Positions 39,915 to 54,249 are shown, counted from the first letter of the stretch. The stretch: 60,000 nucleotides of DNA from Camelus ferus (GCF_009834535.1 NC_045707.1:55864001-55924000); one strand, 5' to 3'. Numbers and translations: made by a program. Notes: generated by a model from the sequence alone, not told the origin.

Positions 39915-40332
39915 AAAAATGATAGCTGAAAAAAAATTTTTTTCCTAAGGCTTAAAACCTGTTTGCATTTAAAGAATTTGGTTAGATTTAATCAAATGCT
40001 CAGGGTGAGATGCAGGAAGTATTTAAAGCAAACACCAGAATGAAATACACAAAATAACTATGGTTGTTAGAGTGGTAGGAATAGGCACGGATTTAACTTT
40101 TTCCACGTTTCTGTAATAATTGCATTATTTTTTATTATAATATCTCTGTAAGTGAAACACTGTCAAACAATTTTCTTCTTGCCATGTTGAATAAATACAT
40201 GTTTCCAAATAAAACAAACCGTAAGTTTTCCTAGGGAGAGTGAATCACTTCTTCATATTAAAACAATATTAGGTATGATTTATGTAAGAGAAAGGATGCA
40301 CAATTCCTAATATTAAAATGTTTGAAAGCAAT

Positions 40333-40354
40333 TATATATATATATATATATATA
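40333..40354. repeat. (TA)n microsatellite
   Basis: Directly visible. Confidence 0.9.
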
Positions 40355-41061
40355 ATATAATCTCTCAAGTTTGATTAAAATCTGAAAATCACAAAAATTC
40401 CATAAAGGAAATGGACACAGAGGGAAAAAAAATCAGTAAATTCAGTAAGGAAGGGAATGAAGATCCTTGATCAGGAATAGAGTGGAGGGAGGAGGGTTAA
40501 ACAGCCACCTTCTCTGGTCCTGTAACTCTTCTTAACTTATAATAACAGACAGAAATGTTTATAGTACCCAGGAGGAAAGAAGCAATGATGACTATTTTTC
40601 CTTCCCATCCTACAAAAAAATGACATAATAGAGGCACTTTCCTAAGAATTCAAAGATTTGCTGTGTGATGATGCAGTGATCAGGTTCATCACCCAGATTT
40701 ATTTCCGATTCACTCACAGACAAAAGGGATTTGGATGACTCCAGGCTGGCTTCAAGCAAATATAAACTAGTTTCAGATGTAGAACAAATAATGTCACTCT
40801 TCCTCCCTAAAAAGCCCTGAGTCTAAATAACCCAGGCAAAGGCTAACTCCTTAAAGGAAAGAATGCTGGATTATTGATGATGTAATAGTCCAGATCTCAT
40901 TGATTCTCGTGTTTCAAGTTACTGGACAGTTCCAGCTTACAGATAAAGAACAGAGCATGCAGTGGGGCCATACGGCCCATACCTGCCAGTGTTACCTTTT
41001 GTTTCTCATGCCCTTGCTCAACATAATCTATTTCTATGTTAAGATTTAGTTTAGGTTCCCT

Positions 41062-41385
41062 ATTTTTTTTCTTTTGGTTTTATGTAGATATAAATGACAT
41101 ACAGCATGGTAAAAATTTAAGGTGTACAGTATAATGACTTGACATATATTGTGAAATGATTACCACAATAAGTTTCATTAACATCCATCATGTCATACAG
41201 AGACAAAATAATTTTTTCCCTAGGGATGAGATCTTTGAGGATCTACTCTTTAAGCAACATTCAAGTATATCATATAGCAGTGTTAACTACAGTCATCATG
41301 TTGTACGTTACACTCCTAGAACTTCTTTATAGATGGACAGTTGTACCTTTTGGCCACATTCATCCAGTTCCTCCAAATTCCCTAC
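41062..41385 (-). mobile_element. L1 (L1MA/L1MB-like) 3' end
   Basis: tttaaggtgtacagtataatga...gtgaaatgattaccacaataag...ttaactacagtcatcatgttgtac. Confidence 0.85.
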
Positions 41386-42239
41386 TTAAAAAAAATTTTT
41401 TTGGACCACCTTTACCAAAAGTAATCACCCCTTACTCAACTCTTACAATAATTATTAAATCTCCTTTTTTCATTCTTAAATACACATCTTGCACATTAGT
41501 TTAGGTTAGCCACCATGAATAATACATTTGACACTAAACCTGCTTTCATGGTATTTACAATCTTGGGACAAAGAGATATACTTATCGGCATGTTCCAAAG
41601 TTTGATTTTTAGGTGCACATGAAACAAACAACACAGAACCTTCAAAAGCATTTTAGTACTTAAAAATTTCATTCAATCTGGGTTTAAAAATGAAATTTCA
41701 TACACGTTTTGAATGAAGAAAAATATCAACTAAACAATAAGACAGATGGTAAGTGGCTGTGAGCAAAATCACAGTGGACAGTGGAACATGAGTGAAAAGG
41801 TGTGAATGAGACTGAATTGCATGGACCTAGCCACAACTTGAGAAATTATAAAAGTTTTAGAAGTATGTTTGCAAAATTCTGTGATACCAGCCCAATGGGG
41901 AGAAAAACTATTTTTGTAAAAGGCCTCACATGAGTTGGAGCATTTTTTTTTTCTGGCCTCTAAAGAATGGAAGCACTCAGAAAATGGCCCCACGTGATTT
42001 CTAGCAGGCTTCCTGCTGCTGGTATGGTGAAAGCATCTCATTGTCAATATTGCACATTTTTAGGACACTTTGTCTGAAGGTCAGGCGTCCCATGATAATC
42101 TAATTTCTAAGCTTTCCAAGTTTGAGGACTTAGCTGGTCACTAAGGAAATCATTGCATTTTTTGGAAATGCTTATTTTCCATGTAAGACATCAGGTTTAT
42201 TTGGGTGGTTTTTATACTTAGTGGTTTTCTGTGTTGGTC

Positions 42240-42470
42240 ATTTTTCTTTCTTTCTTTTTTTAATTGAAGTATAGTTGGTTTACGATGTTGTGTTAATTTC
42301 TGGTTTACAGCACAGTGATTTAGATACACACACACACACACACACATATTCCTTTTCATATTCTTTTTCATTTTAGGTTACTCCAAGGTATTGAATACAG
42401 CTCCTTGTGCTATACTGTGGGAACTTCTTGTTTATTTTACATATAGTAGTTACAAATAGGATCTGCAAAT
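42240..42470 (-). mobile_element. Lineage-level L1 3' end containing (CA)n
   Basis: ttaattgaagtatagttggtttacgatgttgtgttaatttctgg... is the reverse complement of the 3' ends at about 15900 and 52400. Confidence 0.88.
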
Positions 42471-42639
42471 GAGCATTTTACTCATTGTAAAGTTTGTTAT
42501 GATTATTTTTTATGTTACTTTTAATTCTTTCCTTATGAACTAATTTTGCATACAATTTAAAAATGAAATAAATACATTTTAATTAACTGACTGATTAATT
42601 TGGCTTTAGATCAGGACAACACTGCTGCTGACTGCTGTA

Positions 42640-42900
42640 GCTTCTTCTGATATGTTTAATATCAAGTAGAGCAAGTCTCATCCATTATTCTTCTCTAAAA
42701 CTTCTCAGCTCTATTTTCCTTTACATCTACCAGATAAACTTTAGAGTCATTTTTGTCAAATTTTTGATAAAATTATTTTTGAGATGGTTTATTGTGACTG
42801 AATTATAATCCAGAATCAATTTAAGGGAAATTTTACAAAACTGAGTCTTCCTACACAAGATTAGAACTCAATCCTTCGTTTATTCAAACTTCTACTCCCC
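42640..42900 (-). mobile_element. Ancient L1 ORF2 fragment
   Basis: taaactttagagtcatttttgtcaaa...aatttaagggaaa...actgagtcttcc reverse ORF2 motifs. Confidence 0.6.
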
Positions 42901-45900
42901 CCATCTCTTTAATGTACCAATAGGACCTACCTCGCCAATTGACCTTCAACCAGACTATGAGATGCGCAAAGCTAGGAACAAAACCCTTCATCTCTTTATG
43001 TGTCCTCCAAGCCCCTGGCTCCAAAGAGTCTTGATAAATATCTGATAAATAACTGATCACCTGATGCATCAACTTGTATTTAGATGTTACATTTTTACCC
43101 AAGCATGTCATTGAAGAGAAATTCCCAAGTAACTCCCTTTTTCCAGAATCTATGGTCCGACAGAACCACAGGACATTGGGAGCCTATTATGTCAAAAGTT
43201 TAACTTGCTGTGATTTTAATTCTCACTTTTTACTTCACAGGGTTGGCATTAACATGGAAACATTAGGAAGTCTGGCTTTCTTTCTCTCTTTCTTCATGTT
43301 GTAAACTTGCTCTAACTATTGGCTGTTGAATTTTGTGAGTCTTTGCATTTCCATCCTAATCTTTCCCCCAGCCTTATCTTATTCTTATAAAAATAACACA
43401 GTCCAGTGGCCTTAGACATATTAGTCCTGATTGGAAATCCTTAAGAGGTAGTGTACAGAGCAGGAAAAGGCAGAGAAAAAATTTAAATGATTCTAGAAAT
43501 TAGAGAGGCTATTTAGTATCTGACAACAGACTTTAACAAGTATAACTTCCTTCTTTGGGGTGGAGTGATTGAAAGTAAATGAAATAATCCAAGTCTTAAA
43601 GTAAGGGTTGTGAAAAGGTTCAGTATATAACTCTTCAGTGAGCTCTACAGCATTAAATTTAAGGGGAAACCCTTGAAGCCAGAAAGGGTAGTTTTAAAGC
43701 AGAGATGAAACACAGTGGGGGGTGGGGGATGAATATATTTCATTAAGTAAAAACTAATCACGAAGAAAGAGATTAAACCAGTGAAAGTTAAAAAGGTTCC
43801 TAATAGCTAGTGTGAGGTTAGACACCAGAAACATCTGATGTGCCATTGAAATTTAACTTGGAAAATAGCCAGGAGCCTGTGCCAATATCTCTCTTTTTGC
43901 AACTGGGGATCCTGAGGTTCTCTAGGTAAATCAACTTCCTCAATGTTTTCAAGGAAATAAATTACTAAAAATAATCAATCAACAAATGTTTCAGCCAATC
44001 CCATAAAATGTTCAGAATTTTCCAAAAAAGAGAAAGTGAGAATGTGTGTGTGTCCATGTACATGTTGGAGATGTTGATCCTCTCCCCCAAAATACAGTAC
44101 AGACCTTCAAGAGAATTACAGTGGAATAAATAAAATGGCTTAATACAACTGAAACATTCAGGAAATCCTAGAAATATATTCAAGGAGGTGCTAAATTGTG
44201 CTTAGAAAAAAACAAAGTTTACACCAGAGAAAAGAGAAAAGAATGAGTAAATGTCGTATGAGCTTGGAAAGAATTAATGAAAATAACAGTATTCTGAGAA
44301 ATACGATGTAAATATTTGCAGGAGAAAATCAGAAGAGTATAATAAAAGCATTTTCAGTTTTATATATGTCTTCTTAGGAACACATTTCACATGTATTCCT
44401 GGATCAAGCAATATGTCTCTATAATACATTATGTAGTGAATAATTTATTTTATAGTATAAATTTTTTGTTGATGTTAATTACTAAGATGTATCAGAAATT
44501 TTAAAATTCATCCTATATTTAATAGATAATGTAAAAATAAGATTCTCCAACAGCTCACAAAACCCGTGCTCATAATTTACATGTTGGCAAAACAGACTTG
44601 CAATCTGGAATCAAATTTTACATGCTCTGGTTTAATGCTTTATTCAATTTGAATATGACAACAGTTTCTATCAGTGTAAATAAATCAAAACTAAGTAACA
44701 GTTCACTGAGGAGTTATATGAGATTTTCATGTAGAAAACAGCCTTTCTCTACCTATTAGGAGAAACAGATAAAAACACACACAGAATAAAGTACATACCA
44801 CTTGCCTATTCTAAGTATGTGCAATGACTTACTGTTTCCTTGACACTGACTTTCAAGATTGTATCCTTCATACAAGATTTTCAACTTCCTCATCATGATT
44901 ATGTTCATTTTATCTCAATGCCATCAAAACTGGCATGTTTGAAGAATGCCAGAATTTGAAATTTAGTTAGTTTTCCAAGTCTAACATGAAATCACTTTTA
45001 TTTTCTAAGAAGAACCCAACCCATATTTACTACTGAGTAAAAGATTCACCCCACAGATAGTGCCCAATAAAAGAGTAAAATACACACTTTTTTTCTCATT
45101 TATTTCTACTGAACCCTCCGAAAATATATTTTTCAAGTAGAACATATTGAAACTATTTGGGAGTTGGAAAATAAGAATATAATTGGGTATTAATTTGAGT
45201 ATATTCATTTCCGTATAACTCAATTTAAACATAAAGTTTTTAAGCTTCGATCTTTTCCTTCACCACTAAACTGGCACAAGTAAGAATTAATGTAACAGGT
45301 GGGCTTGTGTGGTTTTAATAGCAGTGAAATATAATCAGCTGTCTCATATCATATTTCCAGGAAAGCAAGCGACATCTAGACCCAGGCATGATCCTTAGGC
45401 AACCTTAGAATTGGCATGAAAGTATTCAACCTCCCCATAGGGACCATATATCTTCTGGTCCTGAGTTTAATTGAAACTTTAAACAAAATATATTACCTAT
45501 TTAATGCAGCTAAACTGGAGGCTGGCCTTTGTAGTGTAGAGACTAACGCCTAGCAAATTAACGTTTGTAACCATAGTATATAAGGTAGAATTTATATCAA
45601 GCGTGAATGGTCAAAAGAAAAAAAAAAAAAAAACCCTATGCGGTTTTATAACAACAAATGAATTTTTAGGAGCATATTTTGTACATACATTTTATATATT
45701 TCTTCTCTGTGACACACAGCCAAAAGCTTGCGATTTCCTTATCTTACTGGCTCCATATCTTATAAAGTGAATTTCTACAATTTCTCAAATGTATGTTTCA
45801 CTTTTCTGGACTGGTAAACTACACACCTGGCACTGGTCTTCTCCTTCCTCCTGGTCTTGTCCTTTCTGACGATGGAAAAAATAAAAGTGCAGTGAATAGA

Positions 45901-46789
45901 TTTATCTTAAAGATTAGAAGTTAATATTCTTTTGGGGGAAATACAGATCAATGGCTAAGCTAGTTATATGGTCATATCATATGTGAAGAGCTGACTCACT
46001 GATTTTCAACAGTGCCAATGGAAGCAATCATAGGAAAATCACCAGAACTCAAAATAGGGGAAGCAGGTGGTATAAAAAGCTTAACACTACTGGAGTGTTA
46101 ATGCTTCCACACTTGAAAGATGTGAAGTTCAAATCTCACACAGTTAAAAACCATCTCTTTCACAGTCGGCATGCTAAATGCCTTGAGCAATCCACTTAAG
46201 AACCAGCAGTCACAGAAGAAAATATTCAGCATGTAAACTGTCCTGTCAAAAATTTACTCTGAATATTTCTATTCTAAATATATTCTGGAACAAAGTGAGG
46301 TAAACACACACTCACAAACACACTCACTAGAACTATCCAGCAAAAATAAATGATTCAGCTAAAAACCCAGGAGGCTGAGAGAAAAATAGACTTTTTTAAT
46401 AGCCCTTCTACTAACTGAACTCAGCATATGGTGTACATCCTTCAAGTAGAGTAAGGATAAATTTACAAGGGGGAATTTTTGCATCTTGTTTTCAGGAGCT
46501 GCATTTGACAGCTTGCTTGTCAGTTCTTCGCACCTAAGTAAGAGTACAGAATCTAAAGATCACTGGTAGCCTTTTATGACACAACTTTTTCATTTCACAA
46601 GTTTCTTTCTCAAAAATACAGTTCTAAAATTTGGGCAAGTGTTTTACTCCCAAAATTGCTCTAATAAATTCATCGTGTTTCCCATGTATTGGCTCTTTCG
46701 CCATTCTTATTCTGACTGGCTCAATGAAATTAGTTCTTCATTTAATTTCATAATTAAAGAGCTGTTTGCACAAAACTGAAAGTTAAAAG

Positions 46790-47105
46790 ATTCTGCCCTT
46801 TTGATAGATGACTTAAATTGTCGGGTACCCCTTCACTCCTTTTTCCAGGATGCTCTTTGAGATGGGACAGTTTGATGATGCACAAGACTGAGGTGCAGCT
46901 TTTGCCTGGTGGGGGAATGGGGGGCCCCTCTATATAAGGTCTCCTTCTTTGAGGTGAGATGTCACATTGAGGTGATTCCCAAGTCAGGCACATAGACTGG
47001 TGTTAAATAAAGTCTGCTGTCCCCCAGTTCTGTTTGGTCGTCGTTTTTAATGAGCTCCTCCCAGGAATGTGTGAGTGTCTACACCTGTGTCAGGAGGAGT
47101 CATGT
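46790..47105 (+). mobile_element. Candidate solo LTR
   Basis: Locally GC-richer block with tatataa at 46931-46937, aataaa at 47006-47011 and a GT-rich downstream tract, which is the U3-R-U5 order. Family not recognised. Confidence 0.4.
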
Positions 47106-50100
47106 TCTTTATAAATAAAGGTAGGAAAAAAAAAAAAAAAGATTCCTCCCTTCTTAGGAAAGAATGTGAGGAAAAAGCATCTTTTCAATTTTAAACCCAT
47201 GTAAACAAAAGATTTGTTAGCTGCAGGTTCGTGGAGGAAAATATATATTCTAATACTGACCTGGGATTTCATAAATAACAGGGATGTGTATAAAAAAAAA
47301 TACAGGAATTACTGGGAATAAGAGAACCAAAACAGTAAGATCAAAATAAAGGCAAATAAGGTAATAAATAGGCAATGATCATTATCATGCAATTCCCCTG
47401 GAAGAAGAGTGTAATCTCTCTCTAACATACAAAAGCATGTCATCCAACATAAACACATATTTTTTTAAAGGACAAGAAAATAAGAGTATGTATGCAAATG
47501 TTGGCACTAGTGTCATATTAGGGAAAAAAAAAAAGCCGGAGATTTTTCTTTTTGTTTGGTTTTGTTTGGTTTGTTTGGTCCAGTCAACATAGCATACCCT
47601 ACATAGTTACAAACAAAATATTCTTGAGGCTAGAATAATACAATTATCCATTTTACTCATAGGCATTTACTTATTAAGGAAAGATAGTAAAGAGCTCTAG
47701 ACCAACTATGAAATCACCTGGAAAGTTCCATGAGAGCAGGAACCATATGGACTACTTCCATTTCATCCACTACCACCTCTATAACCCCCCCACTTAGGAA
47801 TTGTGACTTAAGTTTTTTTTTTTTTTTTTTTTTGCACACAGAGGTTATTCTAAACATAGTGATTATAGGCTCCAAGGACAAGGCAGTAACTCAGGATTCT
47901 GTTCCTCCATGAATGCATCAAGCCCTTTTGTTCTCAAGATATATTACCAAGGTGAAATGGCCTAAACTGCTTATATAATTAAACCCAACAATCACTTTGC
48001 ATTGAGAAAGCCAATTAATTTTATGTTAAACAGTAAATAGGCTTAAAATGACCTTTGGGATTAGAAGGGCTCAAACTGATAAAATTAAAAGTTACAGCCT
48101 AATTTAGTTTGCCATAATCTCTTAGGATTATTCAAAAGCAATGCTTAAGTATACCTAATCAGGGAAATAAATAATTAGAAAAAAAGAGAAAAACTGAGGG
48201 TGGTTAAAAATTATTCTACCTCCTAATATCCTGCATATTTCAGGCATCTGCGCTAAAGTCACAATTTCGTAGGTGTTTTATAAGAACTATATCCATGTAT
48301 CTATTTACCTGTATCCATAGATATAGATATTGCTGGGTTTTAATGGGTAAAGATAAGCTATATTGACATAGTAAAGAATGTGCCAGTTTTGGCAACATAG
48401 AAAGGCTAAATGAAAAAAGCATTTGAATTTAAATCAGTAAACTACACTGCTGGTTCTAACCAAACAGTAATCCTAAGCAGATCATCCTAACTCTTCGGGT
48501 GTTAATTTCTAGCTTGTAAAATAAAAGACTATGTTAGGAGGATTTTAAAGATACCAATCTTCCATCTCTAACATTCCATGATTCTGTCACTTAGAATTTG
48601 AGAACAGAGGAGAAATTGAGATTCAATCAAAGCCTACAATAGGTGTCAGAATAAAGAATAATTTTGACTAAGTCTAGGGGAAAAAACATGTCATGAAAGG
48701 AAAAAGAGAAGAAACTCAAAACTGAATATGACAGTTTTAATTTAGAGGGCATACTCTATTAATAGAATTAAGTTAACGGGCCTTAACTGAGTATGCGGTT
48801 TCACTTCTGGTAAATGTAGTTACTAACAAAAGGAGAATTTTGACTCTGGTTGTTGAAAAACAAGGGGAAATGGACTTTGAGCAAAAATACAGCAATTCTA
48901 GAAAGGACAGAACTAAATAGAATCCCTGTTAAATGTTGGTGACTCCAAGGCCATCACTGTGTCAAAATGTTAGCTACAGAGAAATAATATTTACATTGAT
49001 AAACACAAAAAGAACTGCCAGAGAATACAGTAAGTTACTTTTAAAGTCCACAGAAAAGATGGTTAAAATGGAAGGTAATATTATGAAACACTTACTAGGT
49101 TGGAAATTTGGCCTAGTACACTTTATCTTCACTATCTCAATCCTCAAACTGACACTACCATTACAGGCACCTTATGGATGGGGAATCTGAAGCTTTCATT
49201 TAAGTAATCTGCCCAAGGTCACTCAGCTATTAAGTATCAAAGCCGTAATTTGAACCTGGGCTATCTGACTTCACACTGTACTGAGTACCCATTTAATCCA
49301 ATCCCTTCACTCAAAAGGAAATTGAGGTCCACAGAAATAAAGTCACATAACTGGCTAGGAGCAATTTTAACAGTTATTTTGTGATTTGGTCTGCTAATAT
49401 TTAATATATTCTTATACCTTGCTAATTGCAACTGCCACCTAGCTGAAGGTTTAATTTTTATTTGTAAAATAATATTTAGTATCTTTTAAAGTATTATTTG
49501 TATATGCTTGTAATTCACAATTTTGGATGGGCTGATACTCCTCAGTTACTGTTACTCAATCATCTTGATCCTATAAAATCAGAGAAGAATGAGAATATAC
49601 TTTTAAATAGCTTTTAAGTGTACTTATAAACTACCACAATAAAAATTAATAGTCTTACGATAAAATACAGAAAAATTTAAGTTGGGACATCAATTAATCA
49701 CACTTATTATTTGCTATTAATTAATATACAAATGGGAAAAATAGTCTCATTTGATGTTCAGGATAAGCCAACTACTGGTATGCAGCATAGAGTGGTATGT
49801 TTTTCATAAAGTGTTCAAGGGAAGAGAAAATGCAAAGGACTGGAGTGGCTTTTTAAAAAGCAGCTTCAATGAACTGAGATATCAGACTAACAATAACATT
49901 CAAATTTAACTATTTTTCACACGTATTCCTTTATTTCTCCTAACCTCCAAATAAAAGAAAAAAAGGCTGAAAAAAATTATGTTTGCATATATGCACACAA
50001 GGGCTTGGGGGCAGTGGTCTTAAAGGGGTAAACAAATGAGCCATGAGAAAAATGAGTACTTGCAGGCTAAATCTAGCCAGACATTATAATCCATCACTGA

Positions 50101-52109
50101 TCCCTAAAGGGCACCAATAATATGCAAATGTGAGAATTAGAAAACACATTCAAGGCTGTTGATAAACTTGATAGGATAATCAGCACATGCTGACAGGTTA
50201 ATGAAACTGATGAACTGATAGCGCAGCTTATCTCCGGGGCCATTTTTTTTCCCTTGTCAAATGGAGGCTAATCAAAATGTACTAGGAGTTAAAGCAAACA
50301 CTCAGAGGATTTCACCTATTTGATTAGGAGGTGAACTCACCCTCAGAGAAAATTATAGTTTTCATGAACAACTGAAATGACAAAACCTGGTCAGCTGACA
50401 GACCTTCACATAAAATTAAACAGAAGGCAGTCACCGTAATTATGGGAGAAATCTGGAATTGTAAATTACACTGGGATTCTCCCCTCACAAATTGTCAGAG
50501 TGCTTTTCAGAATCTGGGCAAAGCGACTCCCTCCTTCCATAATGGAAAATAAGACAAAGGACTCAGCACTGACCTCAGGGACACATTTAGCTTTTGCCGC
50601 CTGCATAGGCTGAGCGTCTGTGTAACCATATGAGACACAGATCCCAAGGCACCAGCTGAATTTTCAATCGAATTTATTTACATAAAATAATTGAATGAAT
50701 TTTCTGAAATCATTAACTATCATGAATACCACATTTCCTATTAACAATAAAGATGCCATATGCAGTCTGCTGCCAAGGATGAGTCCTTTCCTAATTTAAA
50801 AAAAAAAAAGATATTTTATTTGATAATTGTGGAAAATTGAGAAAAAGTCCTTCCCAAGTACTAACATTAAAAATAAAATGTGCCACTGTGCCTCCTTAGA
50901 CAAAACTTAAGAGAAAACAATTCCTTCAATATTCATTTTGACATGAAAAACCATTAACCCAGAAAAGTTAATTCAATGGATAAATCCACATACTAGAGGC
51001 ACCCGCTTTATCAACATGTATATTTCACCTGGGTGGACAGATTGATGGTAAAATGTTAGACAGTAAAAGGGGCTGTTTTAATTCATAAGACTTTAAGGGC
51101 AAAAGTACATTTAGGAAAGCTAGATTTTACCCTTTAGAAATTATACCAAAGAGAAAAGGAAACAGCAACTAAAAATACTCCAGGGTCCTCTTTAACATAA
51201 GCATTAAATCACTTCTCCGCTGCCCAGGCTAACTGGCGGCGGGATTCCCAGCGACAAGCAGTGAATCTATGAACCTCTTCCAGGTTTTTTGGGTTTTTTT
51301 CCCCCCTATTTACTGACTGGTTCCTCATTCTTTTTAAACTATTTCTAAATTTTCTCTCATTTAGGAAATAGAGAAAGTGAGTGCACTTGCTAGGCGTATA
51401 TTTTCCAGTTTGGGAGGATCTGGGATTTTCTGTGTGTACTCAAAAGCTATACAGCTACTATCAAATTTCTCAAATCACTGAACACAGAAGCAGAAAATAA
51501 TCCTAGAGATCTTGTAGTCACATTTAGTTTATATGCATGAGGGAGGCCTAGAAATATTAAACTTCACCAAGTTTAATGAAAGTGTAAGGAAAATCTGAGT
51601 TTGCACTTTGTGTTTTGGTGAAAAAGAAATATTTGAGGACAAAACAACCCTTTCTCTTCTCTCTCTTATCTGGAAACAGCAAAATTAATCATCAGCAGAA
51701 CAGCTTAAACTTTAGGGATTCTTTTCAAGAGTCACATACTGAATAGGCAGTTTTCAGTGGTGTCATCATCAATTAGCTGTCGTAACAATTTATTAAAAGG
51801 CAATCACGGATCAATTGCAGGGGATGGGTAGATTATTCTGCTAGGAATTCTAGTTCTTGACCCCTTGTACCTAGAAAAATCCATACACTACCTTACATAT
51901 TTTCTGACAAATAAGAGAATTAAGCTAATTTTTCCACATAGAAAAGGGAATAATCATAGTAGAATATGTACATTCTTCACAGTATTATTTTTACTCTAAA
52001 ATAATACTCTGAAAAAAGCCTCTGGCGATCCAAGTCTTTATCAAGGAAAACCATACAGTTGGCTCAGTTAGTCTCATCTTTAATAAGCATCACAAATCAT
52101 ATATCTCAG

Positions 52110-52465
52110 AATATCATCTATATATGGAATCTTAAAAAAAGTGATACAAATGAATTTATTTACAAACCAGAAACAGACTTACAGACATAGAAAACAAACT
52201 ATGGTTACCAAAGGGAAAGGGGCAGCAAGGAGGGATAAATTAGAAGTTTGGGATTAACATACACACACTATTATATATAAAATAGATAAACAAGGAACTA
52301 CTGTATAGCACGGGGAACTATATTCAGTATCTTGTAATAACATATAATGGAAAAGCAGCTAAAAAGGAAAAGGAATATATTTGTATATGTATAACTGAAT
52401 CACTTTGCTGTACACCTGAAACTAACACAAAACTGTAAATCAACTATACTTCAATAAAAATAAAT
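52110..52465 (+). mobile_element. Lineage-level L1 3' UTR fragment
   Basis: atatggaatct...acagacatagaaaacaaactatggttacc...ctgtaaatcaactatacttcaataaaaa; closely similar to 15590-15945. Confidence 0.92.
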
Positions 52466-52889
52466 TTTAATGCATCTCTACATCATAACATAGCCACTTT
52501 TAGGAATATTCTGATTAAGGAAATAGCATAACCAAAAATTATTGTGCATCTGATGAATTCATTAAAATCTATGTCTTTTTTATTCATCATTTTCAATCTC
52601 TAGAGTTTAGCTAATACTAAATACCCACATGGGTTTATGAACCCCTCAGCAACAACTCTGGGACCTGGCCAATTTGTTGAGAATCCCTATGTTAACACGT
52701 TTATTAGCATCAGAGTAAGTGTGCTTTGTGAAAATTCAAATGTGACACCCAACTGTGAACAGGGTTTTGTTTTTTTTTTAAGTGATGCTTAACAATATGA
52801 TTTATTAGAATTACATTTAACAGAAGCATTGGTTTTAATTTCTCCACAGGTCCCTGAAATATCATTTAAAATATGACTGCTTTACTTAC

Positions 52890-52968
52890 CCATCATGTTG
52901 TACAAGCTTTGGGGGGCAAACTGCCTTGGCATTTTCTGAATTGCTTCCTTGTACACACTCAGAGCATC
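52890..52968 (-). CDS. TMTC2: TMTC2 coding exon (79 bp, approx. exon 7): DALSVYKEAIQKMPRQFAPQSLYNMM(G)
   Basis: Manual translation. Acceptor tttctgtttcttaaattag|GAT, donor G|gtaagt. 26 codons plus 1 nt, in frame with both neighbours. Confidence 0.96.
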
Positions 52969-54064
52969 CTAATTTAAGAAACAGAAAAAGAGTACAGGGA
53001 TTTTCGCTGGAAATAAAGTAATAACATCCTTGCAAAATTAAACTCTCCCATTGCTCTTTCTCAGTGGTTCATTTAGAGTAAAATAACTGAGCTGTCCTCT
53101 GATACCCTATTACCTCAATTTCATGAATAAAAATATTCAACCCGATCAGTGAAGAAGGTCATATAAAATTAGTTTAACAAGGAGTCGAATGCTACCAATG
53201 CTCTTTTCCTTTGCTATAAATTTTTCAGTTCACACAGATTATGGAATAAAAATAACTAGAAAAATTCACCCAGAGTCATTTAAATTCATAGTTACTTCGA
53301 ATCAGGCAATCAAAGAGGATCTAAATAAAATATCAGGTAACCCCTCGTCTAGCTACTGAGACCGACTGAGATTATTAAATGCAATTATTTTTAAAGTAGT
53401 ATCTTTATCCTTATATTGCAGTCTTGATACATTGTGTAAGAGTAAGAGGGCGTGTGGTCTGAGAGAGGCAGCAGCGGTATGAGAGAAGAAACCCATGAAC
53501 GTGCAGGCAGACTTAGCGGGAGAGAGGGCGGGCGGGACTGGGCAAACCACCCAACTTCCTGTACATGAGCTTATCCCCATCACTTTTTCTCTCTTCCCAA
53601 TTAAAAAAAAAAACCACAATAAAATTACTTTTCACTGCAATAGGATTTTAAAAAGAATTAAAGGGGTAGGATTTAACATCAAATCACTTTCTTAATTGAG
53701 TACAAAAATGTATTTTTTAACATCAAACAACAGATATAGATAACAGTAAGAATATGTCTTGAAATGTGTCATGAAAAAAAAATCAAGGAGACAGTAAGCC
53801 AATAAGCTTGAGAAGCAATGCATGTTATTTCCCTTTCAGAAGGAGTCGCAATTACTCTGATGAATTCATAGTAAAGATCTGTTAAGTTTTGTTTAGCAGA
53901 ATTCTTCTTCAAAAGAATGGCACCATGAAACTCTTTTAATGAAAACATCGATTAGCTTCTTAAAGGATCATAGTGTCCCTACAATGAGATCATAGGTAGG
54001 AAACACTGAGATGGGATCAGAGCAATGGGAAGGAATAGGGCAGAGAGAGAGGTTTCAGCCTGAC

Positions 54065-54249
54065 CTCATAGTGTCCCTGCTCATGGTAGAGCTTCCCCAG
54101 GTTGTACAGACAGCTGGTCACCGAGCTCTTATGCGCATGCGGGTCCTTCAGGTTTTCGTCTGGGATCTCAGAACACTTAAGGAACGTGCGTCGGGCTTCT
54201 TCTGTCTTTCCTTGGTTCATAAGAATAATTCCGGTGTTTAAATATGCAG
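54065..54249 (-). CDS. TMTC2: TMTC2 coding exon (185 bp, approx. exon 6): (S)AYLNTGIILMNQGKTEEARRTFLKCSEIPDENLKDPHAHKSSVTSCLYNLGKLYHEQGHYE
   Basis: Lies within ORF 54017..54295(-). TPR-like peptide. Acceptor ttttccccctcag|CT, donor GAG|gtcagg. 2 nt plus 61 codons, ending in phase 0. Confidence 0.97.
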
